DNA from: Oscillospiraceae bacterium
Lineage (GTDB): Bacteria; Bacillota; Clostridia; Oscillospirales; CAG-272
Reading direction: 5' to 3'
Assembly: GCA_015063765.1 (NCBI GenBank)
Contig: SVTN01000002.1
Span: 1 to 46,065 of the forward strand
Length of the DNA: 46,065 nucleotides
A program made the position numbers and the translations under genes. Of the stretch, positions 43,760 to 46,065 are shown piece after piece. The notes below the pieces were generated by a model, which was not told the DNA's origin, searched no databases, and saw nothing but the letters and a program-made list of their open reading frames with translations. Position 1 is the first letter of the stretch. Each line of letters starts with the position of its first letter.

Positions 43760-44728
43760 TTATTTACAAACAAGGGCTTCCGCGCGCTTCTTTTCGCGTG
43801 CCGCGATAAACTCTGCCGCCAGGCGCGGAATGGCAAAACGGAGTGCCTTCGGCACGACGGACAGCGAGAATTTCTTTGCGGGATGCAGCTCTCCGTCGAG
43901 GGCGTAGCCGAAATCCTCGTCGGGCGACTCCACCTCGATGCGCTTGACACGCTTATAGATCACGTAGGGCGCAAGAGCAGGGGCGTCCAGATGCTCTCCT
44001 CGCTTATAGTAGCCGATCAGCTTGAGAAATCTGGGCACAGACAGCGGCTTAACGTAGCAAAGCTCGAGAAGCCCGTCCTCGTTGCTCGAGCGCGGCGCGC
44101 ACATATAAGAGCCGCCGATGTATGTACCGTTGGCAAGGGTGCAGAGCAAAAAGCCGTCGTCCTCGGTCAAGGCTTCCCCGTCGGCATACACACGCACGCG
44201 GTTTTTCATCGCGGTGAACAGCGACTTCACAATGCCCGCATAATAAGCCTTCTTACCACCGAGCAGGGGATAACGGCGTACCTTTTCCATCGTTTCGCAA
44301 ACGGCGTAATCAAAGCCGAAATTGGCGGCGTTGATGGAATACTCCGTGCCGTCGGTCAAAAGGTCGATCTCTCGCTCCTCGCCCTCAAAAAGCGCGCTGA
44401 GGGAAAGAAAATTGGCGGCACCGCCGTAGTATTTCACAAAATCGTTTCCGCTGCCACAGGGATAACAGGTCACCGAAGCGTGGGGAAAGCCCACCGCACC
44501 GTTTGCAACCTCCTTCAGCGTACCGTCGCCGCCGCAGGCATAAAAACGGATGGGGGTGTCGGGCAGGCTCTCTAACGTCCGCTTGACAAACGCGGTGGCG
44601 TCGCCCTTCCCCTTCGTTTCATAGACCTCGACGTCGTACGAAGCGCGAAGCGGCTCTACCTCCTCTAGAATCCGAGGGAGGGAGTTCGTTTTTCCCGCCG
44701 CAGGGTTTATGACTAAGACGTGCTTCAT
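43760..44728 (-). CDS. Diacylglycerol-kinase-family lipid kinase (YegS/DagK-like)
   Basis: The track start is GTG 44734, but ATG 44726-44728 has AGGAG 7 nt upstream (MKHVLVINPAAGK). It carries the catalytic-domain motif ACGGDGTLKEVANG. Confidence 0.8.
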   Translation of the reverse strand: MKHVLVINPAAGKTNSLPRILEEVEPLRASYDVEVYETKGKGDATAFVKRTLESLPDTPIRFYACGGDGTLKEVANGAVGFPHASVTCYPCGSGNDFVKYYGGAANFLSLSALFEGEEREIDLLTDGTEYSINAANFGFDYAVCETMEKVRRYPLLGGKKAYYAGIVKSLFTAMKNRVRVYADGEALTEDDGFLLCTLANGTYIGGSYMCAPRSSNEDGLLELCYVKPLSVPRFLKLIGYYKRGEHLDAPALAPYVIYKRVKRIEVESPDEDFGYALDGELHPAKKFSLSVVPKALRFAIPRLAAEFIAAREKKRAEALVCK

Positions 44729-44935
44729 ATACACACTCCTAAGAATTTCTACCTAAATATTATACATGAAATCGAGCGTAAAATCAACCCCGAACGCAAA
44801 ATTCGCCGAAGATATCCCGTGAAAAGCGAATTTTTCACTGCTTTTGGGGCAAAAATCACACAATCTACCAAAACGCCCCTTGATTTCTTCACCGAAGCAT
44901 GGTAGAATAATAGCATAGAAAATTTTGGAGGCAGT

Positions 44936-45724
44936 ATGCTTTATCTCTTGTTTTGGTTGGAAGCGGCTCTCGTCACAGGGCTTCTCTACCGTTTCATCCC
45001 TGCCCTGCACCCCGCCTGGATCCTCCCCATCCTCATCGGGGCTTTTTTGACGTTCTGCCTGCTCTTTGTCCTTTACTTGATGGTAACCTCGGCAATGTTC
45101 TCGAAAAAGCCGCCTGAAAAGCCGAATCGCTTCGCGCTTCTTACGGTGCGTTTGGCGCTCCCCTGGTTTACCTCTCTGCTCGGCATTCGTCTTCGCGTGA
45201 AGGGAAAAGAAAAGCTCCCTGCGACCCACGCCGTCTACGTTGCCAATCATCGCTCCGCCTTTGACCCCGTGTTCGTGATGAACGCCTTTGGAAAGAGAAA
45301 GACCGCCTTTGTTTCCAAGCAGTCGGTCGCCAAATATCCCTTTATCGGTCCCTACATGAACGCCTGCGGCTACGTATTCATCGACCGCGATTCTCCCATG
45401 CAATCCATGCGCGCCCTTCACCGCGCCGCAAAATACGTCAAGGAAAGCCGTATCAACTACGGCATCTTCCCCGAAGGAACGCGCTCGAAGGACGGCAGGC
45501 TCTTACCCTTCAAGTCGGGTGCCTTCGTGCTTGCCAAAAAAGCCGACGTTCCCATCGCCGTCATGAAGATCGAGGGGTCTGAAAACGCCCTCTCCTTCCG
45601 CTTTCCGCGCGTGACGGTCACCGTCCTTGACGTCATTCCCGTGGAGGAGGTCCGCGCCCTCACACCCGACGCGCTTTCCGAGCGTTCCCGCGCCGTGATG
45701 GAAGCGGCAATGCTCCCGCAATAA
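44936..45724 (+). CDS. plsC: 1-acyl-sn-glycerol-3-phosphate acyltransferase
   Basis: 262 aa with an N-terminal TM segment, HX4D NHRSAFD, FPEGTRS, and the IAV block. Confidence 0.8.
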   Translation: MLYLLFWLEAALVTGLLYRFIPALHPAWILPILIGAFLTFCLLFVLYLMVTSAMFSKKPPEKPNRFALLTVRLALPWFTSLLGIRLRVKGKEKLPATHAVYVANHRSAFDPVFVMNAFGKRKTAFVSKQSVAKYPFIGPYMNACGYVFIDRDSPMQSMRALHRAAKYVKESRINYGIFPEGTRSKDGRLLPFKSGAFVLAKKADVPIAVMKIEGSENALSFRFPRVTVTVLDVIPVEEVRALTPDALSERSRAVMEAAMLPQ

Positions 45725-45746
45725 CCAACAAAGAAAGGATGCCCCC

Positions 45747-46065
45747 ATGCGCACACCCCGTCCCTACGGCTTCCGCTATCGCCTTGCGCGCTTCTTCGCA
45801 GGCAGAAACGGTGCCGACACTCTCTACCACGTCCTCTTTGTCCTCTCTTTGATCTTTGTCTTCTTAAGCGGCATTTTCTACACCCATCGCGTGCTCCGCG
45901 TTGTCTTTCCCCTTTTGTATTTCATCACCCTCGGCTATGCCCTCTTTCGCTTTTTCTCCCGCAACCTTGCCAAGCGTCAAAGGGAAAACGCCGCCTTTCG
46001 CCGTTTCTTCGGCAAGCTCTTTATGCCGATGCGCCGCGCATTTCTCAAGGTGCGCCACAGGAAAA
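45747..46065 (+). CDS. Hypothetical membrane protein, 5' part (open to the right window edge)
   Basis: Absent from the track. Hand translation from ATG 45747 gives MRTPRPYGFRYRLARFFAGRNGADTLYHVLFVLSLIFVFLSGIFYTHRVLRVVFPLLYFITLGYALFRFFSRNLAKRQRENAAFRRFFGKL..., with no stop before the edge. The opposite-strand track ORF 45864..46058 is probably its shadow. Confidence 0.45.
   Translation, partial: MRTPRPYGFRYRLARFFAGRNGADTLYHVLFVLSLIFVFLSGIFYTHRVLRVVFPLLYFITLGYALFRFFSRNLAKRQRENAAFRRFFGKLFMPMRRAFLKVRHRK

Noticed and set aside
44753-45421. 222-aa minus-strand ORF
   Set aside because: It is antisense to plsC and to that gene's promoter region.

Overview
This window looks like a GC-rich chromosomal segment from a spore-forming Firmicutes/Clostridia-type organism. 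That placement is an inference from a complete spoIIIAA-AH operon, a SleB-like hydrolase, an AbrB-like regulator and Firmicutes-style RBS and promoters.

Most of it is housekeeping. It carries trxA-trxB facing a four-domain flavodiiron protein plus rubredoxin, rpsO-pnp, recA-recX, miaA, a ribokinase, a galactokinase-family kinase and asd. It also carries a TPP riboswitch with thiT, RNase P RNA, tRNA-Ser(UGA), two PlsC-family acyltransferases, a DAG-kinase-family lipid kinase and a GT28-type glycolipid synthase.

Four parts look accessory or unexplained:
1. An AT-richer, terminator-bounded XRE + SLOG(DUF1273/YpsA-like) cassette. It has three copies of the palindrome GTGGAATTCCAC placed symmetrically around divergent promoters (2941-3856).
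2. An AraC-controlled five-gene operon with two tandem paralogs of a family I cannot place, an ASRT-fold protein, a phosphotriesterase-related hydrolase and an M24 hydrolase (3878-9034).
3. A TetR / four-helix-bundle / Cys-rich YD-like lipoprotein patch. It contains inverted arrays of the heptamer TGCAAAA, and sits next to tRNA-Ser, where a terminator plus tRNA 3' fragment is duplicated around a ~125-nt GC-rich structured spacer (17428-20283).
4. A Cys-rich DUF6062-like protein followed by an SMC/YhaN-like ATPase with a hydrophobic hairpin inside its coiled coil (28828-31847).

I saw no CRISPR array, transposase, integrase or rRNA. All family assignments come from reading motifs in the supplied translations and my own hand translations. 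No searches were run. Many long ORFs in the track are antisense shadows of real genes.
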